In this document: in pieces, positions 39,765-52,395 of the stretch | Position numbering within the stretch: the stretch's first letter is position 1 | How the letters are laid out: the number at the start of each line of letters is the position of its first letter | Source: Rhizophagus irregularis | Lineage: Eukaryota | Assembly (NCBI RefSeq): GCF_026210795.1 | Contig: NC_089431.1 | Span: 3,472,001 to 3,536,000 of the forward strand | DNA: 64,000 nucleotides | Direction: 5' to 3' | The notes under the pieces: model-generated | What the model saw: only the letters and a program-made list of their open reading frames with translations | What the model was told of the DNA's origin: nothing | Databases searched by the model: none | Program-made: the position numbers and the translations under genes

Positions 39765-41299
39765 TTAACCACTAGGTGTAGGAATAACATTTCGATATCG
39801 ACAACGTCTTATCAAAAAGAAAGTAAATCCAATAACAATCAAACCTCCAACGGAACCAAGTACTGATGCTATTATGATGTTTATACTAGGAGATGGAGAT
39901 GGAGATGGTGGCGGTGATGGTGGCGGTGATGGTGGTGGTGCACCCGGTGGTATAAAGTTTGTGACAAATTTATAAGCAGATTTATTACTTATATCTATCA
40001 GATCGATTGTATTCACCCTATGTTGCGTTTTATTTCGTCCTAATTATTATAGGTAGCAGACAAAATTATAATTTAACATACTATTACATACTGTAAGTTG
40101 CATATGATTATAGATACTCGTACCAAATGTGATGATCAAATAATCCCCGAATACATGTGAGGTGTGAAAGATCCTAAATTTACTCGGCAGACCAATGAGA
40201 TCAGGAGTGGACCATACAAATTTGTCATTAGTAAACTCAAGAACTGCAAATGAGGGATAACTTCCATTGGACTCCTTTGCATTTTCATCACCATCATAGC
40301 CTCCATACATAAAAATTCGACCATCTGGTGCTTTTATATAGTTAATTTAAGTTAGCATATAAACAAAATAAAACAAGATAAGTAAGGGAAATGTTACCTA
40401 TTGATGCTGAATGTCCCTGTCGTGGTTCTGGAATAATACCACTGGCATACTAAATGAAAAGCTGAATATTAATAAAATTATGTATTATTAAATCTTCACA
40501 AATAAATAGCTTACCTTTATATCCCATTTTGATAAATACGTATCATATGTAAGAATCTAAAATAATTATACGTTTAAATTACTATATGATAAATATTTTG
40601 ATATCATGATATTGAATATTTTACCTCATTCATAGGAATATTGTACAGTTTATTTGGTGCTTTACCGCCACCAATATACGCAATTACACCAGTTTTTAGC
40701 ATAGCAGTAGCATAATAATAAATTTGATAAGGCGCCAAATTGGGAGAAATATGCAAAAATTTTTCTGTTGCGTTATAAATGTACATGATACTATTGTCAA
40801 ATATATAAATAGTATTATTGTTACGATCCGTAACGCCAACGATTTTAGTTGTAGATCTAGTCGGCATTTTAATGCCATTTGCTGGTATTGCTTCAGCCCA
40901 ACCATCATACTTTAGGGAGTATCTGTATATACCATTGCCTTCTGAATTCTGGGGATTTCTAAAGCCGCCAAAAAAATATATACTTCCACCTTCATTATCT
41001 ATTGCATATACAAGCGTGTTTGCATCTGACTTTACGATAATATTTGGATGCACTTTATAAGGCATATTAAATGGGGATGACGTATTAAATTGAACGGTTA
41101 AGTCTAAAGAAAAGAAATCATCAGTATAAACAGTTTCATTATCTTCGGGACCTATAGTGCCGCCTCCAATATAAAGTCTATTATTTGCTATCGTTGAACC
41201 ATGACAACAACGTATATTTGTTGGTTGAGCGATTGTAAACGTTATAAGTGTTACGTTAATAATTATGGTTAATTTTATAACTAGTGTAGTAATTTTCAT
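39765..41299 (-). CDS. Kelch beta-propeller type I membrane protein, copy D
   Basis: Same exon structure. ORFs 40604-41299, 40047-40310 and 39765-40016. PPPSPPPSPPPSPSPSPS stalk + TM. Confidence 0.88.
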
Positions 41300-41908
41300 G
41301 ACTCGTTAATTACAAATATAAAATAATGAAAAACAAAAATTCTCTTCCATAATGTTTGTTTGTTATAAATAATAATTTTGTGTTTATTTGGCCATTTGCC
41401 GATTGCATGCATTTTTACTACCAAAAAATATGAACAATGCCATAACAGCATAAAAAATGTAAAGTTGTAAGACATTGATGAAACTTAATTCTAAGTTAGG
41501 AAGAATATCCCGATTTCATGAAAGTAAAGATAATTTAACAGGTGCTACTAATATTTGATCTACATTTCTTGGCATTTTATATTACCAAGGGGTAGAGGGG
41601 CCAACTTGTTTGTTGTGTTACCTTGTATCACAATTTTGTACTGTCCCCCCCTGAAATTATACCTATCGAAAAAAAAAAATGTCGAGCCTAAAACTTTTAA
41701 CATACAACGTTTTTAAAAGCCGATGTTCAAAAGTAGATTAGTATAGTTGAAGACTATTTACTGCCAAAATTTTACAGTTATTTGTGCATTATTGGCTTTC
41801 TCGTTAGTTTAAGAAGCTTTAATATATTATTCATGTATAATCTTAGTAACTTTGACAATAAACTCCACTTTATTTAAAATTTATTTATATTTATTATTTA
41901 TGTTTTCG

Positions 41909-44900
41909 TTATTCCATAAAAATAACCCTTCTTTTAAGAGCTTCTTCGATAAATGGTGTGGAATTTTTTAAGTTGTAAATAATTATAGGCACCAATTTTT
42001 GTTTTCTTTTATATGGCGTTGAAATTCCTAAATGCCCAAATTATCCACAATAATTCCGAAACTAAAAAAAATTTAGAAAATGAGTCTTCTGCTCCTTCAA
42101 GTTGTGCCCATACTCGAAGTTGTTCTAAAGCGTGTAGGTAAATTAGTCTTTTTCATAAGGGGCTTTTTATTTTCTGTTGTTAGGTTGTTTGAGCGCATCG
42201 TTTTCAGGCTTTCTCTTAAACTTGCCGTACCTTTTTCCGGAATGTAATTATTAACGTCTCTCCATGTTTTTTGTCGACTTTTCATATAGATAGTGACGCA
42301 TCTCTCATAAATAAACCCAAATTCTTCATCTTCTAATTCAACACCAGTAATATTATTTGATTTCAATGTTGTAATAAACATTTGATTTAGAGATAAGTTA
42401 ACAAGAAGACTATTTTTCACATAACACAGGATATTTGGTCCTAATTCATTATGTTTCTCGAACAGTTCAATTATTAAAGATTCCAAATAATACATGAACT
42501 GAGTAAATTTGGGTCTAGGTATAATGTTAGTGGTCTGTGATTTTGTTTCTGGCATATATTCAACCTTTTCTTCACAGTGAGCTTTAAGTAAAGTATTCAT
42601 AACTTGAAATTTTGGATGGGAATTCATTACGTGATCTCTTTTGAGCAATTTGAAGAGTACCCAACCAATAATATAAGAAATTTTAGTGATTCTGCCTGGT
42701 TCAAAGTAATAACTTTAGGAATCAAGGTAGGGTCTGCATGTTCTTGTATGTTTTTATTTTTATGAAAGTTTCCTTAAATGTTTCTTCTATCACTTCGTGG
42801 ATCAGGAAGTAGGCAACTAGTCTTTGTGTAGCAGAATGATTTTGGGAAATAATTTCTTGAAATTCTGAGAACCAAATGCCGGAACATAGGTAGTTATTCA
42901 GGCTAATCTCCAAGTGAGAAACCCACACAGTCATCCAAAGACTTCCTTTTTTATTGGGAATTGATTTCAAAGCAATACCTTTAATGTTATTTTTCCATTT
43001 TTCTAATAGAGAAATAATTCTATCATCGTAAAGACATAAATCAAAGAGCTGCTGACGTTCTTTTTGAAGTAATAAAATTGTTTGATTTTGTTGGTTAACT
43101 TCATTACTGAAAGATGATGGTGGAGTTTCAATTTTTCCCATAAACAGATCATTAATAAGAAGATTTTCAAAGATTTGCCGTGTAAAGGGAGATATGCTGG
43201 ATAATCGGGTAAGATGACTCGATAAACTAGGGATATTTTTATCCTTTGATATCTTTGACGTTTTTTTTCTGTAATCACTTTTCAAAACAATTATTAATAA
43301 TTTTATTTATTTAAATATAAAAAAGAATGATTTAAACAGATTTAATTTATAAAAATACCTACTATCAAGTAAGACAATTTAGTTCCATTCCGGCATGATT
43401 TGATTTTCCATAGTTAAGGCTTTTGATTTCAGTAGTTATCTTTGCGGTAACCTGAAATTTGTTTAATGCATGTCCATATCCTTTTAATGTTTGCGTGGAG
43501 GAATCTCCTCCAAGCTGTCGAATCATGCCAAATAGTCCTTCTAACATATCCTGTGATATCCTGCGTGGTTCAATTGTTGAATTTGGATACAATACAAAAA
43601 TCTCCTCAACCATTCCCAAAAAACCTTGAATAGATAAGAGTACGTCAAATTGACATTGTGGGGAGATCCAGTTTATTTTGCTAGCTTTTTGCTTATCTAT
43701 AATCACAAAACCAATCACGTATTTCTTTTAGAGTTTGAATATGAGAATCATTAAGACCTTCCAATGGTTTTTTGCTATGAAACATTTGCCGGTAAAGGTA
43801 CTATGCATAATTGATAAATTCCTAATAAACATTTATAACATTATTATACATTAAATTTTATAACTGATACTTTAATATTAAATATTTTTACTTACTCTTG
43901 TTTTAGCTGATATTTCTTTCAGTTTATCAATTGTTCTCATTGCAACTATAATATCCTTTGATAAAGTCTGTTCAGTGAGATCAACTCTCATTTTGCTCCA
44001 AGATGTAAGCCAAATATGACGCTTTGTGAGTCTTGTAATTTTGCTGTTGAATTTTGTACAGTATAATCATAAACACCTTGAATATGATGCCAACTAACTT
44101 CATTTCCATCTATCATAATTTCTCTAATACTTTGATTTCAGTTTTCTCTAATATGACTTTTTGAAAGATTGTTTGAAGTTTTTTAAAAACATGCATAGGA
44201 TCACTAATGAAAAACCATGGTGTACTGGTAATTGGGTTGATTATTTTATAATTTGTCCAATGTGTTTGGGTATCATAAAGAGGCCTAATGTATATATTTT
44301 GAGATTTATTTACCATGTTCCATTTTTCATTATTAGACAAAATTGTAACAATAAAAGTTTGTGTTTCAGAACCAATATTCGTGATAATAGCTGTATGCCA
44401 TTTATTATCCTTTGGACTTTTAAATTCACAGAAATCATTAATATTCCAATTTTGTTTAGTGGGCATTGGTTGTCTCAATGAGTTACAATTAACTTGAAAT
44501 TCATTAGAAAAGGATGGGTCCAATAAACACACTGTGAATTTACTATGATCAAGGTTAGTTGATGATATGATTCTTGCTTGTTCATAATTGTTTTTACCAA
44601 TATTAACTTCAACAATATCTCCTACAGACCAGAATGAAGCCCACCAGTCAAAACTTTTGATATGATTCCTATTTTCTCCAGCTCCATTACAAACAGATCC
44701 ATAAGTATGTATACAAATACATTCAAGATTAGTCGCGAGATGAAAAAGAATTTTATTAATTTTATGTGCAGTAAGAGTATTAATTCCATAATATGCTATA
44801 GGATATGCAAAGTTACAAGTAGCTGAATGCCAAACAATTTGATGTACTTATGTTGTTAGATTCCGATCATGATCCTTTAAATTAGGTAAATTACTATTAT

Positions 44901-46832
44901 TGTCTGTTTGCAATTCCTTTTCGCATTGCATTGCAAATGATTGTAATTCTTCTTTTTCATTTTCAAAATCCAAATATCCAACATAACAATTATCTTGCTG
45001 ACTCCAAAGTAAACCTATTATTAATATCAAATTCTAATTAATTCTTAAAACAATTTTTTAATAAATATTTATTAGTGTAAATAATGAACCTTTTTGTATT
45101 TTAAATGAATCATGTGAGAAAAATCCAATTCGGCCATAATCTCCAATATTTTCTATAGATATTTTTTCCAGAATATGACAAGCAGTTTTATCTTGCCATC
45201 CTAAATGTTGTTGACTTTCATTTATATAGGTTTTTATTAAAGATATTGAAGGTAATCACATAATGCTTTTCATTGCTTCGTAAGCAGCATGACCTGCACG
45301 GCTATATACAGAAATAGCCCATCGCATAAACCTAAAGAATTATAGTGAATCATTAATAAATTTTATTTTATTTAACCAACTTTTTTATTAGTAGATATAC
45401 TTACATTATGTGATATCTTATTCCATTTGCTTTTCCACTTTGAACTCTAATTAATTCCTGGAAAATTGGATTAAGAGAAGAAAGATCAATTTTATTTTTA
45501 ACAACCTTTCTAGATATATCTTGAGCAATTTGATACAGCTCTTCCAATACTTTTTCTCCTTCTTCTTCCACTTTTTGTTTAATTCGATTTTTCAAGGTAT
45601 GTATAGTTTGATTCTGATTTGCAATTTTCTTTAAAAGTTGCATTAACGTTAATTGCTTATATACATTTTTTATTTAATATCTATTCTATAAATAAATACC
45701 TTTCTTTGAAATTGAACTTTTTTAGATAAAATTTCCTGGGAAGCATGCGCAACTTTAACTGGTAAATCATTCAAAAGATTCTGATTTTTGATTTTTATTA
45801 ACGTATCTTTCAATTTTTTACACTTTTCACATATATTTATTTCAGCTACTAACAAATAACAGTCCAATCTTCTATAGGCTTCATGAGGTTGATTTTGATT
45901 CTCTAGAATTGCAAAGGGTTCATGAACATTATTGGAATTTTTTTGATTTCTCACAAGATGAGTTCCTCGAAACTGAACTACTTTTTCAAATCCTAACTAT
46001 AAAAAAAACTTTAAATCATAATTAATTAAAAATGAAAAAGTAATTAATCACTACCTTCAGTCTTTTGACCCATGCATACTTTTGCTACAGATATGTAACA
46101 AATTGTTTTTTCTATTTCTGAAAGGGTTCGTTCAGTTGCAATTCCCATTTCTATTTCATTTATTTTTTTTACACGTTTTTCTAATATATTTAGTTCGTAA
46201 GAGATTAAGTTTTCTTGCCACTTAATAATTAAATACTTTTTTATTTTCTTGTTCTCTTCCAAAAAATATAACACTAATTCCATCAACATTTTCTCTTATC
46301 AAAACTCTTGTTTCGATGTTTTAAATGATTTTATCAATAATGTAACTTCTGCTATATTTGCAGATTTATTATTTTTCCAATATGGAGTTTGCCTTGTTCT
46401 TAATAATGAAGCTAAATTAGAACCAGAAGAGTTTGGTTCAAAAAAAATTGTAGCAAGTGCTAAACGTTCACCACTAAATATTTTTTTAATTTTGAGAAAT
46501 TTGATCCAAGAAGCAAAAGTATCAAATTTTTCATTAGTTTTTTTATCAAAAATATAAAAAGTTTTGTCTTGCTTATCGTAAATTAAAAGTCCTTCTCTAT
46601 TTTGCAAATATTCAAGATATTTTGATAAAAATTAATATTTAAGTCAGCTTTATTTAAGCTCTTCATTTAACTAAAGTCAAATTATGCTATAAAATTAAAA
46701 ACAAATGTAAAACAATCAACTTTATTTTAAAAAAATATAGATACTTTCTCACAAATATTTAAGCAATATCAATCAATTAATGTTTCCATACCCGTTAAAT
46801 AACACTCTACTTAGTTCACTTAAGACTGTCAT
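41909..46832 (-). mobile_element. P-element superfamily (THAP9-like) transposase gene, multi-intron, inactivated
   Basis: Ordered motifs: RYH.MFMRWAISVY..AYE..LPS (HTH), FFSHDSFKIQKGL (D1, 45109-45111), YPIAYY, GSVC[N]GAGEN (D2 mutated, 44686-44688), FFISDPMHVFKKL (DxxH), WSKMRVDL, ISQDMLEGLFGMIRQLGG (E, ~43540), and a C-terminal YIIGWV. Several stops and frameshifts. TIRs not resolved; start codon tentative. Confidence 0.85.
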
Positions 46833-48378
46833 TTTAAAATTAATAATATAAATTCTAAAAAGAAAGTAAAAAAAAAAGCACAATAAAAATCATTTACAGC
46901 TCCATAAAAGCATTATATGCTTAAGCTTTTCAAAAATTTTTTATTTTAATTATTTAATGAATTTTTAAAACATTATTTAATGTGAAAAAAAGAAAAAGAA
47001 AAGAGGAAGAGAGAGGTAAACAATAAACAAAGCCGATCACGTCACACAAAAGTGACGGGGAGATGTCGTTTACACACGGCTATGTTGTTCATCACATATA
47101 CAGGTATATTTTAGTTTATAATTTAATTTGTTCCCCAATTGTAAAGAAAAGTGTCAAATAATAATTGTTACAAGACTTACCAAATCTTTTTGAGATTCAT
47201 AATAAGGATCTTTATAACCTATTAAATAAATTTAATAACTTGTAAAAATAAGTACTAGTAAGGGTGATTTGATGTAGGTATTTAACTTGTATACTTTGAA
47301 TGCTTCGTTCTAATAACAAAAAAGTTACAGTGTACATGAAAATTAAATACATATAATTAATTGAAGTTTGATAAATAGATTTTTTACGCATTTATGGTAC
47401 AAGTGCGAAAGCTTCTTTCTATAAATTATACAATATAAGCTTAAAATTACTTAATATTAAGCTTTAGCATCATAGTCACTAGTTACTTTTCTAAAATTAG
47501 TGCTAGAATAATACTATGACAACTTATAGAAACATTCTTGAACTACTGTATTGACGGAGATTTATAAGACAATGAAATGGATGAACTTTAAATTTAATTA
47601 ATTAAAAATCCGTCTATTTACTTTGTTATTGATGATTCAACTTAATAAAATTATTTAAACGCTATTAACGCTTCTTAAATATGATTGATTATAAGAGAAT
47701 TTCTATAGAAGCAAACGATTGTTTAAATATTCGTATATTTCTGAAAGTATTTTATTTTTATATCGTTGAATAAATAAATACATTACTACCCAAAAATCTT
47801 AACGAAAATAATAAGCTTTTGTATGAAGCGCCAATGTGATATCTTATGTAAAATTTATTCAAATAAAATTATTTAATGAATTCTTAATAATCGAATCAAG
47901 TATTATCGATCTAATCAGTTAATCGATTAAAAATGTTTGCTACAAATAAATTTTTGACTGATAATTTGATCGATCAAGTTACCATGATTGATCTGATCGA
48001 TCAAATCATCATAATTTATTGATTCTATATAAATACCAAAATTATTTTATTCATTGTTTCTTCTATTTACATTTTGTATTCTGTAATAATATTAAAATAA
48101 TAAAATTTCTTTTATAATTAATTTTTAATATATAATAAAAATCAATAAAAATCGCTTATTAATCGATTAATTTATTATTCGAATAATATATTCGAAAAGG
48201 CATCTTTGATTAAAAATTGATTAAATTAATTGATTTAATCGATTTTTGGTCAATCTTAGCTATGCGGGATCAATTAATTAATCGATCATGATTTTTAAAT
48301 TCCCTAAATAAACGTTTGTTAGAATGAAAAATCAAATTATATAATTAATTCTGTCAGCATTATAAAGTACTATCTCTA

Positions 48379-49929
48379 TTAAATTCTTTCACCACTAGAA
48401 GGTGTAGGAATAACGTTTCGATATCGATAACGTCGTATAAAATAGTAAGTACATCCAATAATAATCAAAGATCCAACGGAAACAACTACTGATGCTATTA
48501 TTATGCTGTTTTTAGATGATGATGATGATGATGGTGATGGTGATGGTGTCGATGATACATAACCTGGTGGTACAAAGTCTGTGATAACTTTATAATTATC
48601 TCTATTACTTATATCTATAATATCAATTGTATTTAACCTATTATGTGTTAAATTTCGTCCTAATTATTGTAAATAATATAATTAAGTATTAAATTATATA
48701 TAAATAATAGATAATAACTAGAAACACACACGTACCAAACGAAATAATCAAATTATTTCCAAATATATGTGAGCTATGATAGATCCTAAATTGGTATAAT
48801 TGACCAAAGAGTTGAGGACTAGACCACGCAAATTCGCCATTATTATACTCAAGAACTGCAAATACGGGATAACTTCCAGTGGACTCAATTGCATTTTCAT
48901 CACCATCAAAGCCACCATATATAAAAATTCGACCATCTGGTGCTTTTATATGAATAATTTAAGTTAGAATATTAAACAAGATAAAACAAGACAAGTAAAG
49001 GAGATGTTACCTATGGACGCTGAATGCCCCTTTCGCGGTGATGGAACCACACCATCAGAAACTTTAGCAGTCTAAAATGAAAAGCTGATATTAGTAAAAT
49101 TATGGATTATTAAAACTTCACAAATAAATAACCTACCTTTGTAGACCATGTTGATATTTTTGTATTATATAATAGAATCTAAAAAATAATTATACGTTTA
49201 TATGTAATATATATAAAAAAATACTTGATATCATTATATTGAATATTTTACCTGATCCATAGGAATGTTGTTCTGATTATCATTATTATCTCTTTTACCA
49301 CCACCAATATACGCAATTTCATCAGTACTCAGCATAACAGTGGCATAATAATAAATTTGGTAAGGCGCCAAATCGGGAGCGATATACAAAGATTTTTGAA
49401 GTGCGTCATAAACGTACATCGTGGCATTGTCAAATACATAAATATTGTTTAAACTACTATCCGTAACTCCAACAATTTTGGTTGTAGATTCAACCGGCAT
49501 ATTAACGCCATTTGTTGGTATTACTTCACTCCAAGCATTTAACTCTAAGGAGTATCCATAAATGGCACTGCCTTTTGGTTCACTTCTAAAGCCTCCAAAA
49601 AGAAAAATCATTCCGCCATTTTTAGTTACTGCATATACAAGTGTATGTCCATTACACTTTACGAGAACATTTGGATTCTCTTTATAAGGCATATCAGTTG
49701 GTGATAACGTAGAAAACGAAACGGTTAAATCTAAAGAAAAGAAATCATCAGTAAAAATATCTTCACCAGCACCTGTGAGACCACCTCCAATATAAAGTTT
49801 ATTATCTGCTATTGCTGAACCATGACAACAACGTATATCTGTTGGTTGAGCGATTGTAAACGTTATAATTGTTATGATAACAATTATGATTAATTTTGTA
49901 ACTAATATAATAATTTTCATCATTCTCAT
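48379..49929 (-). CDS. Kelch beta-propeller type I membrane protein, copy E
   Basis: ORF 49234-49929 plus four downstream exons. Ser/Pro stalk, TM, tail ending VIPTPSSGERI*. Confidence 0.88.
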
Positions 49930-50400
49930 ATATATTATATATAAATAATAAAAAAAAACATTTAGTTTTAGAATTTTCTTCTACCCTATTTGTTTGTTAT
50001 AAATAATAAATTTTATTAGAAAGCCATTTTACTGTATGTATTAGGTATGTTAACATTTTACTACCTTCAACTCTATTACTAATATAACGGGTCATTGGAT
50101 TTGAAGTTTAGAGAATAAATACAGAAAAAGGAAATTACTTAAACATACCGAAAAGGAAATTAATATCAATAGTATAAAACATACATAAAAGGAAATTATT
50201 ATCAATAACTTTAAACATGATTCGGTACATTTTTTCTTTCAAAAAAAGAACTTTAACTTTATGTATCTGGATTACCTCCGATTGAAAATAATCAAGGTTT
50301 ATGGCGTCAATGTTTGTTGAACAGGCGTTTAATGTTTGTACACAATCTAGTGAGATTCAGTTGATCGGATCTAAGCCGAATACAATATGTAATCCATCAG

Positions 50401-50932
50401 CAGGAAGCCACATTTGTACAACTAAGCCACTATTTTTTGTTTATACACAGTAACAATAGTTCTTTTGCGGTTTTTTGTTGAAGTGTTTACGAAGGACTAT
50501 TTATTTTTCTGCGCAATGGTTTCACAAAAGGTTTCACAAAAATATAAGTCAGTCCGCCCGCCCAAAAAATTAAGTCGATGAGTGATCGGTTCATTTATGC
50601 TCCGGACTTAACAACCGTTCCTTTTACTTTTTGTTTACATAAAATTCAGATATGTTTATTTGAAAAAAAAAATAAAAAATTTAAACTTGATTTTTTTTTA
50701 CAGAGCTTATTAAAAAATTAAATATACTGAGGATAATTTATTACAATTTTTTTCAAATATGTATATTTTTATTAAAAAAAAAATTTTTTTTTTTTGCTAA
50801 ATATGAAATAATTGTACTGTTATCAAAAGGAAAATGTTAAAAGTTCAGTATGCTGAATATATATTTTTTGTAAGTTTATATTTTTTTAAAGTTTTTTTGT
50901 ACTTATTACTTTGCCACAGATGTGGCTTTCTG
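50401..50932. mobile_element. hAT-like MITE
   Basis: TIR CAG(G/A)AAGCCACAT(T/C)TGT (15/17). ATACAATA follows the right end and also occurs 13 bp before the left TIR. Contains a fragment (50550-50625) similar to the Helentron-like element at 60339. Confidence 0.5.
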
Positions 50933-52099
50933 ATACAATACAATTCAAATCAATAATTGATGTTGGCTATGTCGATCATTTGAAAAAAAGGGAGACTCTT
51001 CACCAGATGTTAGTTCCTTACAAAGAAAAAAAAATTTGTTGATGTTTTAAATTACCGGTAAAAATTTTATGTAACTAACAATCTAACAATTATTAGATTG
51101 ATAAAGATATTTAGTTTAGCCAAATATGACCAATAATTATCTTTTTTAATCGTACAGTAAATCAGCTCGTGGTATAGGTAGCACAGTAATTTTTAGTAAG
51201 AATTTTTTTACTTCCTTTTTTTTTGCTTGATTATAGATTACTAATCACTATAATATTTTTTTATTAGTTTATTCTCTAGGAAATTCGGAACAGAAATGTA
51301 GAGGTTATTCCGAATAGGCGGCTTGGTACGGAAGTAACGGAATTAGTGGCTTGTAACGAAAGCTAATAATTGAGCCACTAAAATTGCTTGTTTAAAAGTG
51401 GAAAGGTTTAGATCGGTAAATCGATGCTAAATTGTTTTTCATAGCCGTCCACAAAAAAAAAAATAGATTTCCCTTTTTTATTTTTAGTCCAACGTAATTT
51501 CGTGTCAGAATTTTGTAATTCGGGTTATATCTTTTCTAAACTGAAGACTCTGGGCCAGATTCGTAATTTTAGTCATGATCAATCTTAGCAAATTTGACTA
51601 TAAAATGAATTGCTGCGCCATAATTAAAAAGCTTATTTTTATATAATTATTCGATTCGATTTTCGATTAATTCAATTTTGTAGAATCGATTTCAATCCAT
51701 AGAACGATTTTGCTGAAAAATTTTTTTGAAAGCACTAAAAAATAAAATTGTAATATGTCAAAATTGTAAATATTGTGTTATTGATTTAATAAATACGCTC
51801 AACATATTTATTTCCAATTTTTAACATATATGAATTATATTAATTATATTTAAGTTTGTACGCTGAAGATTTTGGTATTTACCTTACGCCAAAAATATTG
51901 TAAAAATATCACTTGAAATTTTTTTATATAGGAAACTAATAAAAAAAATTTGAAGAATTTTTGTCCTTTCGATAGATAGAATATACTAGTATAATCTTTA
52001 CCATGATACTAGATGTATCAATCTTACCAAATTAGTTTTAAAATATTGATTTTGATATTTGAATATATTTTCTAAATCTATTATTTTAATATAATAATA

Positions 52100-52390
52100 T
52101 AAAAAAGTAAATTGTAATAGGTATCAATTATAATTATACGTGGCAGCGGTCTTGGAAAAACTAATTTAAATATAATTGGGAATTGGAAAATTATCGATTC
52201 ATAAAATTATGGAACGGGTAAAGCCGTAAAGGAATAAGTAAAGAAGAACAGAACATTTAAATGGTATTTTAAATCGGCAAATAACGTATATGTAATAATA
52301 ATACGAAATAATTGAGACATTGTTATGAAATGGCGTGTAAGAACGGATAAAAATAATAAAAGCATTTGAATTGTTCTTAACATCAGCTAT
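52100..52390 (+). pseudogene. Sel1-repeat gene relic
   Basis: Broken FKWYFKSA, HCYE and KAFELFLTSA segments. Shares DNA similarity with 56362-56800. Confidence 0.5.
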
Positions 52391-52395
52391 TTGAG

